Source: a virus. Taken from it: DNA of 64,000 nucleotides. Shown here one piece after another: positions 55,507 to 64,000 of the stretch; positions within the stretch are counted from its first letter, which is position 1; each line of letters starts with the position of its first letter. The notes below the pieces were generated by a model. That model saw only the letters and a program-made list of their open reading frames with translations. It made no database searches and was not told the origin of the DNA. The DNA lies in IMG/VR virus record IMGVR_UViG_3300031537_000001, positions 1 through 64,000 of that record. One strand, 5' to 3'. A program made the position numbers and the translations under genes.

Positions 55507-58500
55507 ATGTTTAAGAAAGAAAGATATATAGGAACAGGTATTGATCAGGATACTTCCCCAGATAAGAGAGGTAAAGATACTTTTTATGATTCCGAAAATA
55601 TAAGAATTTTATATAATGGTAGAAATTTATCCATAAAACCTATTAAAGAATCAGGAGAGTATACTGATGATTTTGAAAATGGAGGAGTCGGTATTTATAA
55701 TATAGGTAGTATAGAAATTAAAAATAAGCTTTACATATTTGCTACTACTAATACATCTACTCCAGGAACCGGAGATCATTTTCTTATAAGAGTTAATGAG
55801 GATGGAAGTACTGATACAATGTATTCTGGATCTGCAACAGCAGATTGGGATTTTTCTACACAATACCCACTTGAATTAGTAGCTAATTATGAAAATGAAG
55901 ATATAATTAAACTATATTGGACTGATGGATACAATCTTTTTAGGTTTATAAATGTAGCCCTTACTCCTTCAGGAACTCCAAAAATAAATATAGTAGAAGA
56001 GATTACTTTGAGTCAATTAGAACCTACTTTAGTAGCTGGCGGTAGTCTTAAAGCTGGAAATATTCAATATGCATATACTCTTTATAATTTAAATGGTAGT
56101 GAATCTGTTTTATCTCCTTTTTCCAGAATGATGTCTGTTTCTCTTAATATGAAAGGTTATAATAGTAATCAATCTACCGGATTGTCTATGCATTTATCAG
56201 CTACTATTGATACAGATTTTGAATATATTAGAGTTTACTCAATACATTTTTTAGAACTTAACCAAACTCCTGTAATAACATTAGTTCTGGATGAACAAAT
56301 TACTTCTAGTACATTTGTTTTTATTGATGATGGTAACTCAGTTGTTGCAGAATTAAGTGAGGCTGAACTATTTTCATTAGGTGGAAGACCTTTCATAGTA
56401 GGTACACTTGCTGCTAAACGTAATAGATTATTTATAGCTAATTACAGTATAAATAATTTTGATCCGGATATAGATATGAGGGCTTTCGGGTTTCCAATTT
56501 CAAGTGATATTTACTATGTAAAAAATTCTGGAGGATCTCCTACAGCCTACGATACTTCAACGGTATTTAATATGCCTCCGGAAACTGATGATTGTATTAA
56601 TCCTGATCCAGATACTTACATATATGCCAGAGGCACTTCTCCAGGGGTCGCTGGCCCTAATATCTCTATTTTTATAGCAGGTATAGATTTATCCACATCT
56701 ACTGATGGATTTAATACCCCTTCTTTAAAACGGGGGGAAATTTACAGGTTTGGAATAGTTTTCTTTAATAAGTACGGACAAAAGAGTCCTGTTAAATGGA
56801 TAAGTGATATAAAAATATATCATCATCCGTTTGGAAGACATAGAATGATGATTCCTTATGTTGTATTAACTACAGCAGGTTCTGCTGCTGCTATTGCAGC
56901 AGGATGTACTAATTACCAGTTAGTGATGGTTGAACGTAAAGTTTGGGATAGAACTATCATTGCTCAAGGGTTTTTAGTTCCTGCTACACAATATAAGGTT
57001 ATAAGTTCTGGAACACCTTTAAGTCCATATTATCATCCTCATCATGCTGTTAAAGATATATGTACAGAATCCGGATTTAGTATGTTAAATCATTTTCAAT
57101 CTGATGTAGATTGGGATTCTACCAGTTTAAATGCTCCGGAAATTACAACTGCAACCTTATTTTTTTATTCTTCAGATACAATATTTGAAAGTCAACTTGA
57201 TTCTGCTACTTCAGTAGTATGTATAGGAACAAATTATCCTGCTGCCAGTACTGATAATTCTACTGAATTTTTATATCTACAAGATGGAGTAAAATCGGCA
57301 ACATATTCTGCTACTTATAATACTTTACAACTTACCGGATATCCTCCACCTGCCTCATTTGGAGCTACTTTTCTTTTTGATAAAGATACAGCTACTCATA
57401 CTGCAATAACTAATTTTTTTACTACATTTATCAGGAATTATAATACTGCATCAGATGGTGTTACTCCGGGATCTACTCCTTTAGTATTATATGAAGTAGA
57501 TTTAGAAGAACCAAGTATGTTTTTAGCTAAAGGAGAAACAAAATTCTTTACGTCTACTCTAACGGTATCTAACGTTGTACAAATAAATAATCTTGTAGGT
57601 CCCGATGAAGGATCTTTTTATAGTAAATATTGTGGTTGTGCTGTTTTAAAATTTGCTACAACTGCCCCTAGATGGCATTCTTTAACTGTACTTAACAGTT
57701 GGGAAAAATTTAGTCCGCATGGAACTGATGCAAATCGTAGAATACCTATAGTAGATTTAAAACGAACACTTACTAATCAATATGGTGGTAATACTTACGA
57801 AGTTAAAAGACGAAATGAATACTCAATTTCAGGTGCAATTAGAACAATTGATACTACTCCTCATTTTGAAGTAATAGGAGATATTTACTTAGGTCCATTA
57901 TCTGTTAATAGAGCAGATGGTGAAAATACAACTTCCATACATAAAAACTGGAATATTTATGAACATATTAAAGTAGATTATATAGAAAATAATCATAATG
58001 TTTTCTGTAGAAGAGATAATATGTATTCCTGGTCTTCTGGTATCAGTGCAACAACTAATTACCGATATTTTAGAATTGATGATAATCATGCATTGTTAGG
58101 GGCCTATAATCAAAAAGCCAATTTTATAAAAAATTTTGGAAAACCAGTTAACTTTAATTCAACCGATATTTTTAGAAATGTAGTTCAAGCATCAAAAGAA
58201 AAATTTCCTAATGAAATGATTGATTCCTGGACTAAATTTCCAGTAAATGAAAATAGATATTTAGAAGGAATTTATGGTAGTATTACTAAACTATACAATT
58301 TTAAAGGAGAAATATATGCTTTTCAAGAAAAAGGAGTATGTGTACTTTCAATTAATCCTAGAATTCAAACTCAAGCTACAGACGGAGTAAATATTGAACT
58401 TGGTATCGGAGCCGTGTTATATGATCATAGATATCTAAATACTAACAATGGGGCTACTAATAAATTTGCTATTATCGATGATAATAAAAACTTATTTTTC

Positions 58501-59142
58501 TATGATCCTGTTTTTAAATGTATAACTGCATTAGAAGATACCAATCTTACAAATTCTCTTGGTGTTAGAAATATAGTGGCAAATCTTGATCATGGTGTTC
58601 TCAAAACTCTGTTTGATAAATTTAAAAATGAAGTTTATTTTGTTTTTAATACCTATTCTTTAATTTATAATACCGATTTACAAAAATTCACATCAAGATT
58701 TATACATGATACGGGTTTTGATGGGATGTATATGACATTTGGTAATAAAGTCTTATATAAAAAGTTAGGAGATGAAATACAACAACGAGAAATTGCTGCA
58801 ACTTATAAAGCTTCATTAATTACTTATCTATTTAATCCGGAGCCAGGCTTTGATAAAATATTTCATAATTTAGAATTTAGACATTACGGTAAAGATTTTG
58901 ATCAGATACGTGTTTATGGACAGATTACTGCTAATGTAGCAGAAGTATTGTTATCCGGTAAAATCTATAACAAGTTTAATATAAAAAGAATTCATATTCC
59001 AAGGATATTAGAAGGTCATACAACATTAGCGACAAGAGAAAGATACAGAGAGATGTATTTAATGGTACAATTATCTACTTTTGCCGGGAGTACTGACTAT
59101 AATTTAGATGATATGGTTATAATGTATAATATAAAAGGTTAA
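55507..59142 (+). CDS. Tail stabilization/muzzle protein
   Basis: 1211 aa; G...D...ENIRI start, KLYWTDG, KRNRLFIAN, LKRGEIYRFGIVF, DSWTKF, YGSITKL, KIFHN. Confidence 0.85.
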   Translation: MFKKERYIGTGIDQDTSPDKRGKDTFYDSENIRILYNGRNLSIKPIKESGEYTDDFENGGVGIYNIGSIEIKNKLYIFATTNTSTPGTGDHFLIRVNEDGSTDTMYSGSATADWDFSTQYPLELVANYENEDIIKLYWTDGYNLFRFINVALTPSGTPKINIVEEITLSQLEPTLVAGGSLKAGNIQYAYTLYNLNGSESVLSPFSRMMSVSLNMKGYNSNQSTGLSMHLSATIDTDFEYIRVYSIHFLELNQTPVITLVLDEQITSSTFVFIDDGNSVVAELSEAELFSLGGRPFIVGTLAAKRNRLFIANYSINNFDPDIDMRAFGFPISSDIYYVKNSGGSPTAYDTSTVFNMPPETDDCINPDPDTYIYARGTSPGVAGPNISIFIAGIDLSTSTDGFNTPSLKRGEIYRFGIVFFNKYGQKSPVKWISDIKIYHHPFGRHRMMIPYVVLTTAGSAAAIAAGCTNYQLVMVERKVWDRTIIAQGFLVPATQYKVISSGTPLSPYYHPHHAVKDICTESGFSMLNHFQSDVDWDSTSLNAPEITTATLFFYSSDTIFESQLDSATSVVCIGTNYPAASTDNSTEFLYLQDGVKSATYSATYNTLQLTGYPPPASFGATFLFDKDTATHTAITNFFTTFIRNYNTASDGVTPGSTPLVLYEVDLEEPSMFLAKGETKFFTSTLTVSNVVQINNLVGPDEGSFYSKYCGCAVLKFATTAPRWHSLTVLNSWEKFSPHGTDANRRIPIVDLKRTLTNQYGGNTYEVKRRNEYSISGAIRTIDTTPHFEVIGDIYLGPLSVNRADGENTTSIHKNWNIYEHIKVDYIENNHNVFCRRDNMYSWSSGISATTNYRYFRIDDNHALLGAYNQKANFIKNFGKPVNFNSTDIFRNVVQASKEKFPNEMIDSWTKFPVNENRYLEGIYGSITKLYNFKGEIYAFQEKGVCVLSINPRIQTQATDGVNIELGIGAVLYDHRYLNTNNGATNKFAIIDDNKNLFFYDPVFKCITALEDTNLTNSLGVRNIVANLDHGVLKTLFDKFKNEVYFVFNTYSLIYNTDLQKFTSRFIHDTGFDGMYMTFGNKVLYKKLGDEIQQREIAATYKASLITYLFNPEPGFDKIFHNLEFRHYGKDFDQIRVYGQITANVAEVLLSGKIYNKFNIKRIHIPRILEGHTTLATRERYREMYLMVQLSTFAGSTDYNLDDMVIMYNIKG

Positions 59143-59148
59143 AACAAA

Positions 59149-60300
59149 ATGGCTAAGAAGAAAAATTGGATACAAGAGGCAGTAAACCCAGCTCATAAAG
59201 GATACTGTACTCCAATAACAAAATCAACATGTACGGGACATAGAAAAGCATTTGCTTTAACAATGAAAAAGAAACATGGATTCCATGCTTTTGGAGGTTT
59301 GATAGGTCTTCCTGAAGGAGAACCAGGTTTAAATGCACCACCTATATATACACCTTCTGATAAAACACAATGGTTTCCAGAAAGTGCAGCATTAAGTAAA
59401 TATAAAACTTTAATAAGTCAAGGTAAAGCAAAAGATGCTGATAATCTTATATTTGGTTACTATTCTAATGAACCTTATGGACCCTATAAAGAAGGAACTC
59501 ATTCTGAATATGAAAAAAAAGGTAGAATAAAACCAATAAGAGCTAATGATCTACGTAATTTAGATACAAAACAATATAAACCTCCTAGCGATTATGGTGC
59601 TTTAATGGAAACTTTAGGTAAAACAAAATTTGATCAAAATCCTGGAGCTAATTATCAAAATTTAACTGTTAAAATGGTTAAAGGAGGTCTTGTAAATCCA
59701 CTTGTTAATATGTATGATTTAGGTGGTGAAGTAAGACCAGGACAAGAAAGTTTTATAAATAATAATATAAATGGTATATCCTCTGTTGCCGGAACGGTAG
59801 GTCAAGGATTACAGAATTCAGGATCTGCTGCTGGTACAATTGCTGGAGGAGCTTTAAAAGGAGCTGCAATGGGTACTGCTGCATTACCTGCATTACCTGG
59901 AGTAGGAGCAGTTATAGGAGGTGTTGTAGGATTAGTAGGTGGAATATTTACTAATAAAAAACGTAAAGAAGAAGAAGAAAGACTTAAAAGAGAAGCTCAT
60001 CAAAAACAAGTATTAACAAATATGGCTTCAATGCCTACACCATCCGGAGGTATTGTTCCAGGTGTAGCTAATCCTTATATGTTAAAATGTGGAGGTTTAG
60101 CAAAGGCTGCTGGAGGTTTGTTAAGTCCTAATTTACTCGAAACTTATGATTCAGGAGGTTTACATGAAACAAATCCTTATGGAGGTATACCAATTGGAGT
60201 AGGTAAAAATTCTAAAATGAATACAGTAGAGCAAGGTGAAGCAGCTTTTAATTTCAAAGATGGAAAATATATATTCAGTAATCGTTTAAAAATAAACTAA
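59149..60300 (+). CDS. Virion cargo/ejection protein with a Gly-rich TM segment
   Basis: GGLHETNPYGGI...VEQGE...YIFSNRL motif; Gly/Ala-rich hydrophobic stretch. Confidence 0.65.
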   Translation: MAKKKNWIQEAVNPAHKGYCTPITKSTCTGHRKAFALTMKKKHGFHAFGGLIGLPEGEPGLNAPPIYTPSDKTQWFPESAALSKYKTLISQGKAKDADNLIFGYYSNEPYGPYKEGTHSEYEKKGRIKPIRANDLRNLDTKQYKPPSDYGALMETLGKTKFDQNPGANYQNLTVKMVKGGLVNPLVNMYDLGGEVRPGQESFINNNINGISSVAGTVGQGLQNSGSAAGTIAGGALKGAAMGTAALPALPGVGAVIGGVVGLVGGIFTNKKRKEEEERLKREAHQKQVLTNMASMPTPSGGIVPGVANPYMLKCGGLAKAAGGLLSPNLLETYDSGGLHETNPYGGIPIGVGKNSKMNTVEQGEAAFNFKDGKYIFSNRLKIN

Positions 60301-61298
60301 TGGACTACAAAACAGAATTCGGATTACCAAAAGCTATAAAAGGTAAAACATTTGCTGAAGCAGCTAAATATATAGAAAAATTATTTGAGGGCAGAAATTC
60401 TAAAATTGATAATGATACTAAAGGTATTCTTATGCAACGATTAAGAAATTTACAAGAATCAAAAAAAGAAAAGAAGCAACAACAAGTACCTGCTAACCAA
60501 TTTCAATTAGGTGGAGAACCTACCTATCCAGGTCAGGGAGTAATCCAAGCTAATCCTAATATCAATCAACAAGTTCCTGTAAATGCTTCTCTAGGGTTAC
60601 CAAATACTAATATTTCTGATATAAATGCTAATGCATTTACCTGGCCTATAGATCAAACACCCAAAGTCTCAAATACATCAAATGGATCAACTTCCTGGTG
60701 GGATAGAAATAAATCTTTGGTAGGTGATGTAGCATCCTATGGATTAATGGCTTCTCCTATTATAGGGAATATGATGGCTATGAAAAATTTATCTAAACCG
60801 GAAACAGTTAGTGCTGGAAATATTAAAACCTCATTAACTCCTCAACTTGTAAACAGACAACAAATAGAAAGAAATCTTGTTCGACAATTGGCAGGTAATA
60901 GACAAGCATTACAATCTGTATCCTCTGGAGATTTTGGACAGTATGCTGCTAATCTTCAATCATTACATTCAAGTTCAGCTTCGGCGTTAGGTACAGTTAA
61001 TTTACAAGCTGATATGGCTGATGCACAAGAACGAGCACGAGTAGAAGAAGGAAACATAGGTATTCAACAATTTAATATAAATCAGCAACAAAGATCTTCT
61101 GAAATAAATGCTCAGAATCAAGCTGCATACGATGCTCAAAAATTAGCATTACAACAAGGTATGTATCAAAATATATCTAATGTAGGACAAAGTTTATTTA
61201 ATTATAAACAAGCTCAAAAATATGCTGATGCACAAAGTAGAGCTATGATGTTCTTAGCTTTAAATAAAACAAATCCACAACAAGAAATACAGAAATAA
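60300..61298 (+). CDS. Virion cargo/ejection protein
   Basis: KTFAEAAK; Q/N-rich coiled coil. Confidence 0.6.
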   Translation: MDYKTEFGLPKAIKGKTFAEAAKYIEKLFEGRNSKIDNDTKGILMQRLRNLQESKKEKKQQQVPANQFQLGGEPTYPGQGVIQANPNINQQVPVNASLGLPNTNISDINANAFTWPIDQTPKVSNTSNGSTSWWDRNKSLVGDVASYGLMASPIIGNMMAMKNLSKPETVSAGNIKTSLTPQLVNRQQIERNLVRQLAGNRQALQSVSSGDFGQYAANLQSLHSSSASALGTVNLQADMADAQERARVEEGNIGIQQFNINQQQRSSEINAQNQAAYDAQKLALQQGMYQNISNVGQSLFNYKQAQKYADAQSRAMMFLALNKTNPQQEIQK

Positions 61299-61299
61299 A

Positions 61300-63351
61300 A
61301 TGAATAGATATTCTCCTATAGTTCAACCAACGATAGTTAATCCTATCTCATTTGAAGAGTTTGCAAGAGTTCCTTTAGCTGAAGCTAATGCCAAAGCAGC
61401 AGGATTATATTCAACTCAAATGATAGATACTGAATATGATGTAGATGAGAAAGATTTACTTACTGCTGATAATCTTATAAAAACTGTTACAAAAGAAAAA
61501 GATTCTTTGGTTAATAATATTTTAGATGAAGGGGTAACAAATCAAACTATTAATAAATTTCTTAAAGTAAAAAAGACCCGTGATAAAGTATATAAAGATT
61601 TTCTTACTGTAGCTCAAGAGAATAAAAAGAAGATAGCTTTATGGAGATCTACTTTAGATGCCATGTCTATAAATGGTAAAAGAACTCCCCAATTTACTAA
61701 TCTGGTAAAAGAGACTGAATATAACAAATGGGATGGTACAATAAATGAAGATGGTTCTACAAAAGAATTTAATCCTTACTATGGTCCTGAAGAGATAAAT
61801 ACTGACCAGGATATTATTAATACCTTACAAAATATTAAAACTACTTATAAAGGTAAACAGGTATTAAAGAATCTATCTTTTAAAGGGTATGATAAGTATG
61901 GTAAAGTGGTTATGACTGATGAACAAGGAGAATATGTATATGATAATACAGGAGAGATTACTGCTGCTATTGATATGTTATTCAAAGACTATAAAGACCC
62001 TGAAACTGTTAGAGGAGCTTTTGCAGATTATACCAAATTGGATGAGAAAGATCTTTTTGAAAAACTGAATTATTATAAAGATATTTTTACTGAAAAAGAT
62101 GTTAAACCTTATGGTGGAGGTACTCATTTATTTGATGCGCCAATGGCTAATGATGGAGGAGGAAAAAATCCTAATCCATTTAATTCTATAACTCCTACCG
62201 GACTTACTACTGGAGCTGATGTAAAAATCCCTACAGGATTTGATCTAAGTAAATCTGGAGCTTGGTTAGAAACTGTAAATAAAGAGATGGAAAAATCACA
62301 ATCTAAATCAATGGATAAGACTTTTGATGATTTATTGGATGCTGTCTTTGGAACTGAAACAGATGATCCCAATGCTCCTCATCCATTTAAAGAAGGTCCG
62401 TCAATAGGAAATAAAGAAAAACCTGGATGGTTTCAAAGAAATTTTAAAATCTTTGCAGCCGCAGGAGATGTAATTCTTATGGGTACTATATCAAATCTGG
62501 CTAAAAATTTAGAACCTTTAATATCAGCTAAAAATGTTTCTGATAAAAATAAACTAAAAGTTATTTCCTACTTTTCCGGAGCCTATAATAAACTTGAAGA
62601 AGATAATGTAATCTCTAAGGAAGATAAATTAAATATGTTGAAAGGAGATAAAGTTACTATAAATAGAGTTTATGGAGATATAGTAGATCATGTAAGTGAT
62701 TTAGCTGATACAAAAGGAGGTTTGTATGATATTTATCAAGGAGATAATTTAAGGCAAATGCTTGGAAAGGATACAAAAACTCCAGTAGAAGATATTACAA
62801 AGGATGTAAAAGATAATATATTTTCATTGACTGTTACTGACTTAGAAACCAGAGGTAAAGATTTTACAAAAGATAAAAAAGAACTCTGGAAAATGATGAA
62901 AGATGGGGAGTTAACAGTAAGAGGTGTACTACCTGCCGGATCTCCTTTAACTACTGATAAGAATGGTAAGTATAGAAAAGAACTTTCTCAAGCCTATGTA
63001 TTAACAGATAAAGATGGAAAGGAATATTTGGCAAGTAGATTGTGGGAGCCACGCGAAGGAGGTGAAATAGGGAATGAATTTAGAATAAATCAAGATCTTG
63101 AAAAATACCTTGTATCATTAAAATTTGATATTCAATATCCTATAGCAGTTGTTGGACAAGACAATCAACAAATACGAACTTTTGTTTACAGAGATTCTGG
63201 AGATGGCCATATAAAATTAGGAGTAGGAGATACTAATGGAAAACCTATTGATTTATATAATCAGCCATCTGCCTGGGGATATATTATACCTCCAAAGAAT
63301 GTAGATAAAGCTATACAAGCTGGTGAATTTGGACTTCAAACAAAGAAATAA
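61300..63351 (+). CDS. Virion cargo/ejection protein
   Basis: 683 aa; MNRY...P.SFEE...P N-terminus; position in the tail-cargo block. Confidence 0.6.
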   Translation: MNRYSPIVQPTIVNPISFEEFARVPLAEANAKAAGLYSTQMIDTEYDVDEKDLLTADNLIKTVTKEKDSLVNNILDEGVTNQTINKFLKVKKTRDKVYKDFLTVAQENKKKIALWRSTLDAMSINGKRTPQFTNLVKETEYNKWDGTINEDGSTKEFNPYYGPEEINTDQDIINTLQNIKTTYKGKQVLKNLSFKGYDKYGKVVMTDEQGEYVYDNTGEITAAIDMLFKDYKDPETVRGAFADYTKLDEKDLFEKLNYYKDIFTEKDVKPYGGGTHLFDAPMANDGGGKNPNPFNSITPTGLTTGADVKIPTGFDLSKSGAWLETVNKEMEKSQSKSMDKTFDDLLDAVFGTETDDPNAPHPFKEGPSIGNKEKPGWFQRNFKIFAAAGDVILMGTISNLAKNLEPLISAKNVSDKNKLKVISYFSGAYNKLEEDNVISKEDKLNMLKGDKVTINRVYGDIVDHVSDLADTKGGLYDIYQGDNLRQMLGKDTKTPVEDITKDVKDNIFSLTVTDLETRGKDFTKDKKELWKMMKDGELTVRGVLPAGSPLTTDKNGKYRKELSQAYVLTDKDGKEYLASRLWEPREGGEIGNEFRINQDLEKYLVSLKFDIQYPIAVVGQDNQQIRTFVYRDSGDGHIKLGVGDTNGKPIDLYNQPSAWGYIIPPKNVDKAIQAGEFGLQTKK

Positions 63352-63352
63352 G

Positions 63353-64000
63353 ATGGCTGTAACCGAACTTAAAGATACTGGAAATGGTGAGAGTAAAAAA
63401 TATCTTACTGATAACTACAAAACTGAACAATTTACTGATGATAAAGGTATTGAATATTCTCCTGTAAAATTTCAAGGAGATGAAGAATCAGGATTTACTT
63501 ATAAACCTAGAGGGAATGTTGCTACTTTACCCGGAAGAAATCCTGTATTTATGGGTTCTACTTCTCCAAGATTTGCTATACCTTCTAAAGATTGGAGTTT
63601 ATGGGATGCTGGGTTTACCGGAGATAATATACAGGATTTAGAACGATTCAGGGCTGAACAACAACCCTGGATAGTTAAAGCCGGATATACAATCGGAGGA
63701 GGTGCATTGTCAGGTTTAGGTACTATAATAGAGGATGCCGGATATTTAATGGATTATATGACTTATGTTAATATGTTTACTGATATTGATATGCATAGTC
63801 AAAAATCCATGAATTTATTTAGAGCTTTACCTTCCGCTTATCAACAAATGGGACGCGGCTTAAAAAAGTCTACAGAGAAAAATGTAATGCCTGTATATCA
63901 AAATTTGGATCCAAATAGTTTTTCAGATCAAGTGTTTCAGTGGAATACACTTAAAACTATTATTGATAATGCAGTCGGATTTGCTGTAACCGGTTGGGGT
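63353..64000 (+). CDS. N-terminus of a large cargo protein (virion RNA polymerase-associated block), truncated
   Basis: Open from ATG 63353 to the window end; RAEQQPW..KAG motif. Confidence 0.6.
   Translation, partial: MAVTELKDTGNGESKKYLTDNYKTEQFTDDKGIEYSPVKFQGDEESGFTYKPRGNVATLPGRNPVFMGSTSPRFAIPSKDWSLWDAGFTGDNIQDLERFRAEQQPWIVKAGYTIGGGALSGLGTIIEDAGYLMDYMTYVNMFTDIDMHSQKSMNLFRALPSAYQQMGRGLKKSTEKNVMPVYQNLDPNSFSDQVFQWNTLKTIIDNAVGFAVTGWG

Noticed and set aside
1524-62372. Opposite-strand or nested ORFs inside major genes (e.g. 1524, 4899, 28744, 37226, 38463, 44627, 55651, 62124)
   Set aside because: Shadow frames of well-supported genes
738-63351. Stop-codon reassignment (TAG or TGA), as in some Crassvirales
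   Set aside because: All large genes are intact in code 11, and tRNA-Gln has anticodon TTG rather than a suppressor CTA

Overview
This AT-rich (about 30% GC) 64-kb window is most of a crAss-like phage genome (order Crassvirales), probably infecting a Bacteroidota host, and it reads in the standard genetic code. Layout: (1) 1-14.5 kb, minus strand: head and packaging operon with terminase, portal, scaffold-like protein, major capsid protein, ring/cargo proteins, and DHH, GroES-like and HU/IHF-like genes. (2) 14.6-31 kb, plus strand: small accessory ORFs interleaved with a dense non-coding RNA region. (3) 31-50 kb: replication module with PolA, SF2 helicase, DnaB-like helicase, AAA ATPase, primase, rIIA/rIIB, a PD-(D/E)XK nuclease, 5'-3' exonuclease, lysozyme and dNMP kinase. 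(4) 53.6-64 kb: tail ring, muzzle and cargo genes. The main discovery is a minimal, circularly permuted (two-piece) tmRNA at 21540-21967, with tag GNIINLFDRKLAMVA and a structured 218-nt intervening segment. It lies in a region with tRNA-Asn, tRNA-Gln, tRNA-like elements, about 10 stem-closed putative small RNAs, and a ClpX-like ATPase lacking the pore-1 and IGF loops. Together these suggest a phage-encoded ribosome-rescue and proteolysis-control system. All assignments come from motif reading and manual base-pairing, without database searches.
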